The notes: generated by a model from the sequence alone, not told the origin. A DNA stretch of 32,000 nt from Cupriavidus necator (GCF_016127575.1 NZ_CP066018.1:2910001-2942000), one strand, 5' to 3'. Numbered from the stretch's first letter, positions 8,863 to 17,229 are shown. Program-made: numbers and translations.

Positions 8863-9606
8863 ATGCGGGTTGCAATCGTCAGTACCGAAACCACCGGGCT
8901 CACGCCAGCGGACGAGCCTGTCAGCATCGGCCTGTTGCTTGTCGAAGTGGCGCCGCGGGCTGGCACGCTATTGCGGGAGATCACTGACTATTACGGTTCG
9001 CAGGAGCCCACCGTGCCGATCGGTGAAGCTGCCACCGGCACGCACGGGTTGACCGCGGAGATGCTGCGCGGGCGGCGCTTTGACGTCGATGCCATCCGCG
9101 CCATCGTCGACGACGCGGATGTGCTGGTCGCCCACGGCGCCGAATTCCACGCGCGAATGCTGGGAAAAGTGCTTCCCGACATCCAGCACAAGCGCTGGCG
9201 CTGCTCGGTGCGCCAGGTCCGCTGGTCCCAGTACTTCCATGCCCCCAACCACAAGCTCGATACGCTGTGCGAGCACCTGCGCATCTTCCGGCCCCGGCCG
9301 CAGGTTGCGCTGGATGATTGCCTGGCGCTGTCCAGGTTGCTGTTCCAGCACATGGGTGCAGCCGACCAAGCCACGCCCATGGGCTTCCTGCTGGCCGAGT
9401 CCGACTTCGTGCCGCGTATTGCGATCAGCGTGCCTGTGCCATCGGCGCCGCCGCCGTTACCTGCGGTCCCGGCCGACGCCGGCCAGTCATGGATGCCAAA
9501 GGTTGAGACCAGCCATGCTGGCCCAAGCCGGGGGCTGGTCATCGTTGCGGTGATGCTGATGCTGTTCGCGGGGGCGCTGATCTGGCCGGACTTGCTGCAG
9601 TGGTGA
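8863..9606 (+). CDS. DnaQ/DEDDh-like exonuclease-fold protein with Pro-rich linker and C-terminal TM anchor
   Basis: ExoI-like VAIVSTETTGL, ExoII-like LVAHGAEFHARML and ExoIII-like QVALDDCLAL are present. These are followed by PVPSAPPPLPAVP and a terminal hydrophobic helix (LVIVAVMLMLFAGALIW). Confidence 0.7.
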   Translation: MRVAIVSTETTGLTPADEPVSIGLLLVEVAPRAGTLLREITDYYGSQEPTVPIGEAATGTHGLTAEMLRGRRFDVDAIRAIVDDADVLVAHGAEFHARMLGKVLPDIQHKRWRCSVRQVRWSQYFHAPNHKLDTLCEHLRIFRPRPQVALDDCLALSRLLFQHMGAADQATPMGFLLAESDFVPRIAISVPVPSAPPPLPAVPADAGQSWMPKVETSHAGPSRGLVIVAVMLMLFAGALIWPDLLQW

Positions 9607-9651
9607 GAACAGACCTGTACGGCGCTTGGAGGCCGCTTGGCTGAAAAGAAA

Positions 9652-9681
9652 AACGGCCTGGATCTTTCGATCCAGGCCGTT
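9652..9681 (-). terminator. Rho-independent terminator downstream of tRNA-Pro
   Basis: A 13-bp stem (AACGGCCTGGATC / GATCCAGGCCGTT) with a 4-nt loop. The minus strand continues TTTTTCTTTTC. It may also stop the convergent plus-strand gene. Confidence 0.8.
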
Positions 9682-9699
9682 GTTTCCACTGGGTATTTC

Positions 9700-9776
9700 T
9701 GGTCGGAGCGATAGGATTCGAACCTACGACCCTCTGATCCCAAATCAGATGCGCTACCAGGCTGCGCTACGCTCCG
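9700..9776 (-). tRNA. tRNA-Pro, anticodon UGG
   Basis: Folded by hand. Acceptor stem CGGAGCG/CGCTCCG, D stem GCGC/GCGC, anticodon stem TCTGA/TCAGA with loop TTTGGGA, T arm GTAGG-TTCGAAT-CCTAT, discriminator A and an encoded CCA. Confidence 0.93.
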
Positions 9777-9785
9777 AAGCCCGCC

Positions 9786-9815
9786 ATTGTAGCCGGGCCC
9801 CGCGATCGCGGTCAA
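9786..9815 (-). promoter_or_regulatory. Sigma70-type promoter for tRNA-Pro
   Basis: The minus strand reads TTGACC, an 18-nt spacer, then TACAAT. The -10 element ends 9 nt before the mature tRNA 5' end. Confidence 0.6.
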
Positions 9816-9890
9816 TCTAATGTGATGATGCCCGCTCTGGCGCACTCAGCCTTGCCGGCCTGCTCCCCCTTCTGGCGGGGACGCTTTGGC

Positions 9891-9918
9891 TTGACTTGGG
9901 TTTGCGCGCTGGGATAAT
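9891..9918 (+). promoter_or_regulatory. Near-consensus sigma70 promoter with extended -10, reading toward the GGDEF gene
   Basis: TTGACT, a 16-nt spacer, then TGgGATAAT (extended -10). The predicted start near 9925 is about 250 nt upstream of the first downstream ATG I accept (10179). Confidence 0.6.
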
Positions 9919-10178
9919 CCGCACACCGCACCAGTCCGACCGGCGTGCTTTTGGGAACGCCCGGTTTGCCTATTCCTTCCGGACTGACCTGATCACCACA
10001 ACAATAACGGCGCTCCCGCCCGCGGCGGGCGCCTCGACGTGTTTGCGTCTGCCGGCCGGCGGCGCCAGGCGTTCTGAAACCGGGTATGCGGCTTTGATAA
10101 CAACGGTCCGACACAGGACCGGTAAAGAGCAGGTAACAGCGGCGCCATGCGGCGCACCGCTTGTCACCTTGGACGGGA

Positions 10179-11444
10179 ATGAAGATGTTTCAGTCGCACA
10201 TAGTTGTGCTCATCGCGGGGTTGTTCGCCCTGCAGATGGCTGTGGTTTGCGTGGTGTTGCGCCGCTCGGCGGGCATGGATCGCAGCGGCCTGACGTCGTG
10301 GGCGCTGGGAAGCGTGCTGGCCGCAATGGCAGCGGCCCTGGCAGCGGTGCAGGAACTGCGCCCGCTGTGGCTGGTACTGGAATCGAGCGACCTGGCACTG
10401 CTGGCGGCGCTCTCGGTCATGGCAGTGGGCGCGCGGCATTTCGCGGGCCGGCCCGGCCGCGCCGCGCCGTTGCTGGCGCTGAACCTGGCAGCCGCGGCGG
10501 CGGTGGCCTGGCACGACCTGGCGCCTCAATATCTTGCCGTGCCGCCGCTGATGCCGGAGATGGCACCGCTGCTGACGATGTGCCACATCGCACTGCTGCT
10601 GGACCTGGCCCGCAGCGCGTGGCCGTCGGTGCCGGCCACGCGCGGCACCGGCCGGCTGGCAGCGTTGTCGCTGGTATTGATCGTCATCGCCGCGGCGGCC
10701 ATCAACGCATGGACCGTGGCGCTGCCGCTGGCGGCAGTCATGCAGGGCGGCGCCTGGCCGCGGCCGATGCCGTGGGACGGCGAGCTCGCCATGCTCAATA
10801 TCTTTGCACTGGTGGGCGTGTCGGTCAGCTTTGCGCTGATGGCACACGACCGGCTGCGGCGTATGCTGGAGCGGCGCGCGCGCCATGACGACCTGACCGA
10901 TGTGCTGCTGCGCGGCGCGTTCTGGGAAGAGCTGGAGGCAGCCTGCCTGCGCGCCGAGCGGCAGCGCAAGCCCCTGACGGTGGCCTTTGTCGACCTCGAT
11001 CACTTCAAGGCAATCAATGATGTCTACGGCCACCTGGCGGGCGACAGCGTGCTGCGGCATTTCGCCGGGCAGCTGCGCAAGAATTTTGGCCAGCTCGAGG
11101 TGGCGGGGCGCCTGGGCGGCGAGGAATTTGCCATCCTGATGCCGGATACGGCGCTGGAGCAGGGCCGGCTGGCCTGCCTGCGGCTGGCCACGGCGGTGCG
11201 CGCCACGCCATGCCCGTCCGAGCCCGATCCGATCGCCTATACCGTCAGCATCGGCCTGGCGGCGCGGCAGCCGGGCGAAGGCGCCGATGCGTTGATGCGC
11301 CGTGCCGACCGTGCGCTATACGACGCCAAGCTGAAAGGGCGCAACTGCGTGTCCCTGCATCCGGCAGGCAGCGAGGCGGGCACCGATGGCGGCGCGGCCG
11401 ATGGCCACTACATCACGCGCGGACAGCCGCGCGCCGCATCCTGA
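10179..11444 (+). CDS. Membrane-bound diguanylate cyclase (multi-TM N-domain plus GGDEF)
   Basis: The C-terminal GGDEF domain shows DHFKAINDVYGHLAGD, RLGGEEFAILMPD and ADRALYDAKLKGRN. The N-terminal roughly 230 aa are strongly hydrophobic (6-7 helices). ATG 10179 (MKMFQSH) is preferred over TTG 10161. Confidence 0.88.
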   Translation: MKMFQSHIVVLIAGLFALQMAVVCVVLRRSAGMDRSGLTSWALGSVLAAMAAALAAVQELRPLWLVLESSDLALLAALSVMAVGARHFAGRPGRAAPLLALNLAAAAAVAWHDLAPQYLAVPPLMPEMAPLLTMCHIALLLDLARSAWPSVPATRGTGRLAALSLVLIVIAAAAINAWTVALPLAAVMQGGAWPRPMPWDGELAMLNIFALVGVSVSFALMAHDRLRRMLERRARHDDLTDVLLRGAFWEELEAACLRAERQRKPLTVAFVDLDHFKAINDVYGHLAGDSVLRHFAGQLRKNFGQLEVAGRLGGEEFAILMPDTALEQGRLACLRLATAVRATPCPSEPDPIAYTVSIGLAARQPGEGADALMRRADRALYDAKLKGRNCVSLHPAGSEAGTDGGAADGHYITRGQPRAAS

Positions 11445-11454
11445 CCTGCGCCGC

Positions 11455-11485
11455 TTGTCACTGCGCAGCGGTGCTGCGGTAGAAT
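11455..11485 (+). promoter_or_regulatory. Candidate promoter for tRNA-Arg
   Basis: TTGTCA, a long spacer of 18-19 nt, then TAGAAT. The -10 element ends 9 nt before the tRNA 5' end. Confidence 0.45.
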
Positions 11486-11494
11486 GCCGCCTTC

Positions 11495-11571
11495 GCGTCC
11501 TTAGCTCAGTTGGATAGAGCACTCGCCTTCTAAGCGAGCGGTCAGAGGTTCGAATCCTCTAGGACGCGCCA
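11495..11571 (+). tRNA. tRNA-Arg, anticodon UCU
   Basis: Folded by hand. Acceptor stem GCGTCCT/AGGACGC, D stem GCTC/GAGC, anticodon stem CTCGC/GCGAG with loop CTTCTAA, T arm AGAGG-TTCGAAT-CCTCT, discriminator G and an encoded CCA. Confidence 0.93.
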
Positions 11572-11686
11572 GTGAAATCAAGGGTTTGCGGGGTGTCGCC
11601 CGCGCAGGCCGAAGCGCGCCCCACGTCAGTGGGCAATCTGCGGGCAATTCTGGCCTTCGATGCGAGTGCCATGGAGCTCAGAACGG

Positions 11687-12166
11687 TCAGTGGCCGACTT
11701 TATCGGCTGCGCGACGCCGCCAGCGTGGCGGACCTCTCTTCGCGTCGTGGACCACCATGAAGCCCCCTCCGCCGATATTGCCGGCATTGGGTAGGGCTAC
11801 CGCGTGCGCGAAGCCCACCGCCACCGCCGCGTCCACCGCGTTGCCGCCAGCCTTCAGGATGTCCAGGCCGATCCGCGTGGCCGGTTCCTGCTCCGTCGCC
11901 ACCATGCCGTTGCGCGCCACCACCGGGTGGAACACGTCCACGTCCATGTCGAATTCGTAGGCGGCGCTGGCGGCCTGTGCTGTCGCGGTGGTGGCCGGCG
12001 CCAAGACGGCCGGATCTGCAATGACGGGCGCATAGCGCGGGGCGGCGGTCTGTGCGATAGGGGCGGTGTTGCAGGGAAGCTCTCGCAAAAGGACCCATCC
12101 CGTTTGCGAAGGTTTTCGAGTGCCCCGACGTGACCCGCCCTTTGGCCGGTCGGCGACGCATGCCAA
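11687..12166 (-). pseudogene. ggt: Gamma-glutamyltransferase fragment (N-terminal core only)
   Basis: DVFHPVVARNGMVATEQEPATRIGLDILKAGGNAVDAAVAVGFAHAVALPNAGNIGGGGFMVVH (about 11732-11944) matches the conserved start of the GGT large subunit. Similarity ends abruptly, with a stop at 11687, whereas full GGT is about 580 aa. No signal peptide is visible upstream. Confidence 0.75.
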
Positions 12167-12336
12167 ACATGCGGATTGGCAATCGGAGATTGGATGGAAA
12201 CCGCCGGGGGTGCGTCGAAAGGCTTATGTGAGGCCGTCGTGACTGTTAGCCACGTCTCGCCCCGCCTTGCGCGCATTTCAGCCCATTAATGGCGGCAACT
12301 TCTCGCGCCGTCTACGTGGCAGCAATCCCTCCTGTT

Positions 12337-12357
12337 TTGATGCAAGGAATGCATCAA
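12337..12357. promoter_or_regulatory. Dyad TTGATGCA-N5-TGCATCAA upstream of the porin gene (candidate LysR-type operator)
   Basis: Perfect 8-bp inverted arms separated by 5 nt, 119-139 nt upstream of the porin ATG. The same TGATGC(A/G)-N5-TGCATCA architecture recurs at 18183-18201. An extra GCATCAATT half-site lies at 12406-12414. Confidence 0.5.
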
Positions 12358-12475
12358 TTCATCGAAACATTGCAATTCCCCTCTGCAAGTTGTCTCTGCA
12401 AACTGGCATCAATTCGCCTTTCCCGTTCGCGGGGCAGGGGGAGGTGACGACAATAAGCCGAAATGGGGAGATAGG

Positions 12476-13549
12476 ATGGGCATCGAACAAGAACGGAAAA
12501 GTCGGTTAAACGGGAAGTTGGCGGCCGGGGCGGTCCTTGGAATTGCGATCACTACTACTGTTCAGGCACAGAGTTCGTCCGGAGTAAGCCTGTACGGCAT
12601 CATCGATACCACCATTCGCTACTCAAACAATAACCAGGGCGACAATAAGTTGGCTGCGTTAACCGACGGCTATTTCAACGGCTCACGCTGGGGCATGCGG
12701 GGCAACGAGGCGCTCGGAGGCGGATTGTCCGCCATCTTCAATTTGGAGAGTGGCTTTGATCCCTCGACCGGCGTATCGCAGCAAGGCACCACAACGGCAA
12801 ACTATGGACAGCAGAGTACCGGCGGTCAGGGGCGTTTGTTTGGAAGGCAGGCATGGGTCGGATTGAACCACGAGCGCTTCGGTAGGCTAACGTTCGGCCG
12901 GCAATTCACCACCGGCTACGATGCGACCGCCCGCTTTCAGCCTAACGGTCACCCCAATCTGGACGCAGTCACCATCTTTAACGGCTATACGGGACCGCGC
13001 CAAGACAACATGGCGAAATACGTCGGACAATGGGGAGCGCTATCTGCGGGAGCGTATTACACCTTTGGCGAAGTGTCGGGTCATATGAAGCCGAGCTCTA
13101 GTTACGGCGCAACTCTCGGCTATAAGCAGGGACCGGTGGACGTCGGTGGCTTCTGGCAGCAGGCCAACGCGCTAACCACGCCCGAGTCGAGAAAAGTCTG
13201 GGGCGTGGGTGGCAACTATCAATGGGGGATAGTCAAGCTAACCTTCGGCTATCTAAACAATCGATTCGATGTGAGCCCGACGCGAAACGATGTATTCAGT
13301 GGCGGCTTCGCTGTGGCGGCTACCTCTGCTCTCACGCTATCCGTTGCGTCGCACTACGACCGCCAGCGCAATGCCTCCGGCAGCCGCATTATGGTGACCG
13401 GCGTCGCGGACTACAACCTTTCAAAGCGCACTGACATTTACGCCGAAATTGATTTCAATCGCATCAACGGTGCCTATGCGCTGCCCACCTTCATGGGAGT
13501 GAAAGGCAGCAAAGTCGGCGGTGGCATCGGCTTGCGACATCGCTTCTAG
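12476..13549 (+). CDS. Outer-membrane general porin (Burkholderiales OmpC-like)
   Basis: Signal peptide ends at VQA-QSS. The mature N-terminus GVSLYGIIDTTIRY, the alternating beta-strand pattern and the C-terminal GGGIGLRHRF with terminal Phe are all typical of Gram-negative porins. Confidence 0.88.
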   Translation: MGIEQERKSRLNGKLAAGAVLGIAITTTVQAQSSSGVSLYGIIDTTIRYSNNNQGDNKLAALTDGYFNGSRWGMRGNEALGGGLSAIFNLESGFDPSTGVSQQGTTTANYGQQSTGGQGRLFGRQAWVGLNHERFGRLTFGRQFTTGYDATARFQPNGHPNLDAVTIFNGYTGPRQDNMAKYVGQWGALSAGAYYTFGEVSGHMKPSSSYGATLGYKQGPVDVGGFWQQANALTTPESRKVWGVGGNYQWGIVKLTFGYLNNRFDVSPTRNDVFSGGFAVAATSALTLSVASHYDRQRNASGSRIMVTGVADYNLSKRTDIYAEIDFNRINGAYALPTFMGVKGSKVGGGIGLRHRF

Positions 13550-13686
13550 AGCGGTCCATTGTTCTGCCAGGCGGCTAACTGGTGCGTCGGCGCTTCAATG
13601 TGCCCAACTATTCTTCGAATTGATCTAACTCCGCTGGTCCCGCGCGTGAACGGCATTCGGGCTAGCACAAATGCAAGGAGCCAGCA

Positions 13687-14547
13687 GTGGACGAACAGGC
13701 AGTTGACCCCAGGACGTGGATTGGACGCAGCGAGCAGTGGGAGGACACAGTCACTGCCGCGCCGATCGCAGCGCTGCGTGCGACGATGGATTACCCCGCA
13801 GCAGCGCAGACAGCAGGCACTCCATTGCCGCCACTGTGGCATTGGCTTTATTTCTTACCCATGCATCGTCAAAGCGAAATTGGGCACGATGGCCATGCCA
13901 AGCGCGGCGGCTTTCTACCCCCTGTGCCATTGCCCCGCCGCATGTGGGCAGGCGGCCAATTCGAGTTTCGCCATCCACTTCGGGTGGGCGACAAGATCCA
14001 GCGCACCTCCGTCATCGACGATGTTACAAGCAAGGAGGGGCGGACCGGAAAGTTAGTATTTGTAAGAGTGCGTCATGAGATCCGCGCCATCGGTACTGCG
14101 GAACCGGCGTTAGTGGAGTTTCACGACATCGTTTACCGAGAGGCACAGCAGTCGGGCGAGGCGCCTGTCATGCCCCAAGCGGCGCCCGCGGAAGCGGCTT
14201 GGCAGCGCCAAATTGTTCCGGACGACGTCTTGCTGTTCCGCTATTCGGCCCTGACTTTCAATGGGCATCGCATCCACTATGACCGTCGCTACGTGACAGA
14301 GGTCGAAGGCTACCCCGGCTTGATTGTCCACGGCCCGCTGATCGCTACGTTGCTACTGGATCTGCTGCGGCGTGAATTGCCCCAGGCAGAGGTCGCCAGC
14401 TTTCGATTCCGTGCGGTGCGCCCGACCTTCGACCTGCATCCCTTCCGGGTCAGCGGTCAACCGCAGTCTGACGGCAAAACAGTTCGCTTGTGGGCATCCG
14501 ACCACGAGGGCTGGCTGACCATGGACGCCACGGCAGTCCTTCGCTGA
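13687..14547 (+). CDS. HTD2/MaoC-like double hot-dog enoyl-CoA hydratase (itaconyl-/mesaconyl-CoA hydratase-like)
   Basis: A GTG start has AAGGAG 8 nt upstream. Features include TWIGRSEQWEDTVT, PLPPLWHWLYF, and a C-terminal MaoC-like half (FRYSALTFNGHRIHYD, GLIVHGPL). Confidence 0.75.
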   Translation: MDEQAVDPRTWIGRSEQWEDTVTAAPIAALRATMDYPAAAQTAGTPLPPLWHWLYFLPMHRQSEIGHDGHAKRGGFLPPVPLPRRMWAGGQFEFRHPLRVGDKIQRTSVIDDVTSKEGRTGKLVFVRVRHEIRAIGTAEPALVEFHDIVYREAQQSGEAPVMPQAAPAEAAWQRQIVPDDVLLFRYSALTFNGHRIHYDRRYVTEVEGYPGLIVHGPLIATLLLDLLRRELPQAEVASFRFRAVRPTFDLHPFRVSGQPQSDGKTVRLWASDHEGWLTMDATAVLR

Positions 14548-14569
14548 TTTCGCTTTACGGAAGATCCTG

Positions 14570-15760
14570 ATGCAACCCCTCAAAGACATCACGGTTGTCA
14601 CATTTGAACACGCGATTGCGGCGCCTTTTGCCACACGGCAGCTTGCCGATCTGGGTGCACGAGTTATTAAGATCGAGCGGCCTGGGGTCGGCGATTTCGC
14701 CCGTGGTTACGATGAGCGGGTCCGTGGCCTGGCCTCGCATTTCGTCTGGACAAACCGCTCGAAGGAAAGCCTGACGCTCGATGTCAAGCACCCGGCCGCG
14801 GCTGGCGTATTACAGCGTCTGATTGAGGAAAAGGCGGACGTGGTGGTTCAGAACCTCGCACCAGGCGCCGCAGCACGGCTTGGTCTGGGCTACGAAACGC
14901 TTTCCGCCGTAAAGCCCCAAATCATTGTGTGTGATATTTCGGGCTATGGCGACAACCCGAAGAATCCTGGACCATACCGCGACAAGAAGGCCTATGACCT
15001 TCTCGTTCAGAGCGAAGCCGGATTTCTGTCCGTGACGGGGACGCCTGACGTGCCTTGCAAGGCTGGGCCTTCCATTGCCGATATCGCCGCCGGCATGTAT
15101 GCCTACACAAACATTCTGGCCGCTCTGTTACAACGCAATCAGACGGGCCGAGGGCAACGTATTGACATCTCCATGCTAGAGGCGCTGGCGGAATGGAATA
15201 GTTACCCTCTCTACTACGCTTTTGATGGGGCACAGCCGCCGCAGCGCACGGGCGCAAGCCACGCCACAATCTACCCCTATGGACCGTTTCCGGCTGGCGA
15301 TGGGGCGACAGTAATGTTGGGGTTGCAGAACGAGCGGGAATGGGCAAACTTCTGCAACACAGTGCTCCAGCGGCCCGAACTGATCGAAGATCCCCGCTTT
15401 AGCTCAAACTCGAGACGCGTGGCCGAGCGCACTGCACTGAGGCAGATCATCGTAGATGCCTTTTTGCCTCTAACCGGTGCCCAAGTGGTGCAGCGATTGG
15501 AGTTGGCCCAGATCGCGAATGCCAGTGTCAATGACATGCAGGGGGTGTGGGAGCATGCTCAACTCAAGGCGCGCGGCCGCTGGACTGAAGTCGACTCGCC
15601 CAAGGGCATGCTGCCGGCTCTCTTGCCCCCAGGAACCTGGAACGAAGGGCCGCGTATGGATCCGATACCGGCACTTGGTCAGCACACCGACACAATTCTC
15701 GCGGAGCTTGGATACGCCTCCGACGAAATCGCCGTGATGCGCGCTGATAGCGTTGTGTAA
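14570..15760 (+). CDS. Family III (CaiB/BaiF) acyl-CoA transferase
   Basis: The N-terminus LKDITVVTFEHAIAAPFATRQLADLGARVIKIERPGVGDFAR is diagnostic of family III CoA-transferases. KKAYDLLVQSEAGF carries the catalytic-Asp region. Confidence 0.88.
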   Translation: MQPLKDITVVTFEHAIAAPFATRQLADLGARVIKIERPGVGDFARGYDERVRGLASHFVWTNRSKESLTLDVKHPAAAGVLQRLIEEKADVVVQNLAPGAAARLGLGYETLSAVKPQIIVCDISGYGDNPKNPGPYRDKKAYDLLVQSEAGFLSVTGTPDVPCKAGPSIADIAAGMYAYTNILAALLQRNQTGRGQRIDISMLEALAEWNSYPLYYAFDGAQPPQRTGASHATIYPYGPFPAGDGATVMLGLQNEREWANFCNTVLQRPELIEDPRFSSNSRRVAERTALRQIIVDAFLPLTGAQVVQRLELAQIANASVNDMQGVWEHAQLKARGRWTEVDSPKGMLPALLPPGTWNEGPRMDPIPALGQHTDTILAELGYASDEIAVMRADSVV

Positions 15761-15807
15761 CGCCTGGCCTAGCGCACCATACATGTGACCTAACGGAGAC
15801 ATAACCT

Positions 15808-17154
15808 ATGGCTTCCACCATCATTGATTCCCGCATTTTTGGCGACATGTTTAGCGACGCGCGCATGCGCGAAGTGTGGTCCGATGAAAACCGCACGGCT
15901 AAATACCTGGACATCGAGCGAGCATTGGCAAAAGTGCAAGGTGAGCTTGGCATCATCCCGCAGGAAGCGGCCGACGAGATCGTCAAGAATTGCGAACTTT
16001 CCCAAATTGACTGGGTTAGGCTCAAGGCAAAGACTGAACAGATCGGATATCCGATTATCGCGGTGGTCAACCAGATCAACGCGAACTGCCGGGATGGGCT
16101 TGGCGAATTCTGCCATTGGGGTGCCACCACCCAGGACATTACCGACACAGCGGCGGTGTTGCAGATGCGCGAGGGCCTGGCACTGATCGAGTCGGATCTC
16201 GACGACATCGCTGACGCGCTTGCGACGCTGGCGAAGCAGTACCGCGACACGCCGGTGATCGGTCGGTCCAACCTGCAGCAAGCCACCCCTATTACGTTCG
16301 GCTACAAGATGGCCAGCATCCTTGCTGGCATCGAGCGCCACCGCGAGCGGCTACAGCAGTTGAAGCCGCGAGTGCTAATGGGTGAGTTCGGCGGCGCATC
16401 CGGTACGCTTTCCTCGTTGCAGACGGGAGCCATGGAAACACAGGCTGCGTTGATGAAGGAACTTGGGCTGGCGCAGCCACTGATCTCCTGGCACACGGTG
16501 CGCGATACGATTGCCGAAGTGGGCGCGTTTCTCGGACTCGTCGGCGGCTCGCTCGGCAAGATCGCCATGGACGTGAAGCTCATGATGCAGACCGAAGTTG
16601 CCGAGGTGTTCGAACCCTTTGCGCCGGGGCGCGGCTCTTCATCGACCATGCCGCAGAAGCGCAACCCGATTTCGTGCCTGTACATCCACGCCAACATCTC
16701 GGTTGCACGGCAGCACGCGGCGGCCCTGATGGATGCGATGGTGGCTGATCACGAGCGTTCAACAGGCCCGTGGGAGATCGAATGGGTATCCCTACCGGAG
16801 ATTTTTTGCCTGATTTCCGGTGCCCTGAAGCAGGCGAAGTTCGTGTTGCAGGGCTTGGAAGTGGACGCGGCTCGCATGCGCGCGAATATCGACATGACAA
16901 ACGGGCTAGTTATGTCTGAGGCGGTGATGATGGGCCTGGGTCCATATATTGGGCGCGAGTATGCGCACGATCTGGTCTATGACCTTTGCCGCGAGGCCAT
17001 TGCCAACAACCGACCCTTGATCGACATCCTCGCGGCACATCCGGAAGTAAGCAGCCACGTGTCACGCGCACAACTCGAGGCCATGTGCGATCCACGCAAC
17101 AATCTTGGCCAAGCCGGCGTAATGGTCGACAGGGTACTGGCTAGCCGGCGCTAA
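15808..17154 (+). CDS. Class II fumarase/adenylosuccinate lyase superfamily enzyme (PcaB/ASL-like)
   Basis: Contains the superfamily signature GSSSTMPQKRNP. HWGATTQDITDTA and the N-terminus (FSDARMREVWSDENR) resemble the 3-carboxymuconate cycloisomerase / adenylosuccinate lyase branch. Substrate is unknown. Confidence 0.8.
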   Translation: MASTIIDSRIFGDMFSDARMREVWSDENRTAKYLDIERALAKVQGELGIIPQEAADEIVKNCELSQIDWVRLKAKTEQIGYPIIAVVNQINANCRDGLGEFCHWGATTQDITDTAAVLQMREGLALIESDLDDIADALATLAKQYRDTPVIGRSNLQQATPITFGYKMASILAGIERHRERLQQLKPRVLMGEFGGASGTLSSLQTGAMETQAALMKELGLAQPLISWHTVRDTIAEVGAFLGLVGGSLGKIAMDVKLMMQTEVAEVFEPFAPGRGSSSTMPQKRNPISCLYIHANISVARQHAAALMDAMVADHERSTGPWEIEWVSLPEIFCLISGALKQAKFVLQGLEVDAARMRANIDMTNGLVMSEAVMMGLGPYIGREYAHDLVYDLCREAIANNRPLIDILAAHPEVSSHVSRAQLEAMCDPRNNLGQAGVMVDRVLASRR

Positions 17155-17229
17155 GACGCACTGCCAAGAAGAGCATGCCGGCCTGCCGTCCGTGAGCCGT
17201 CGGCGCGCCAAGGTCGGTCCGCGGGGCGA

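Noticed and set aside
9925-10020. The minus strand reads CAGGTCAGTCCGGAAGGAATAGGC, which resembles the domain IV core of bacterial SRP (4.5S) RNA (CAGGTCCGGAAGGAAGCAGC).
   Set aside because: The highly conserved 3' side (GGAAGCAGC) is not present; GGAATAGGC is found instead. The flanking arms do not pair into the long SRP helix, since the stable pairing is CAGTCCG/CGGACTG around a different loop. The strong promoter also faces the opposite way. I treat the resemblance as coincidental pending a covariance-model scan.
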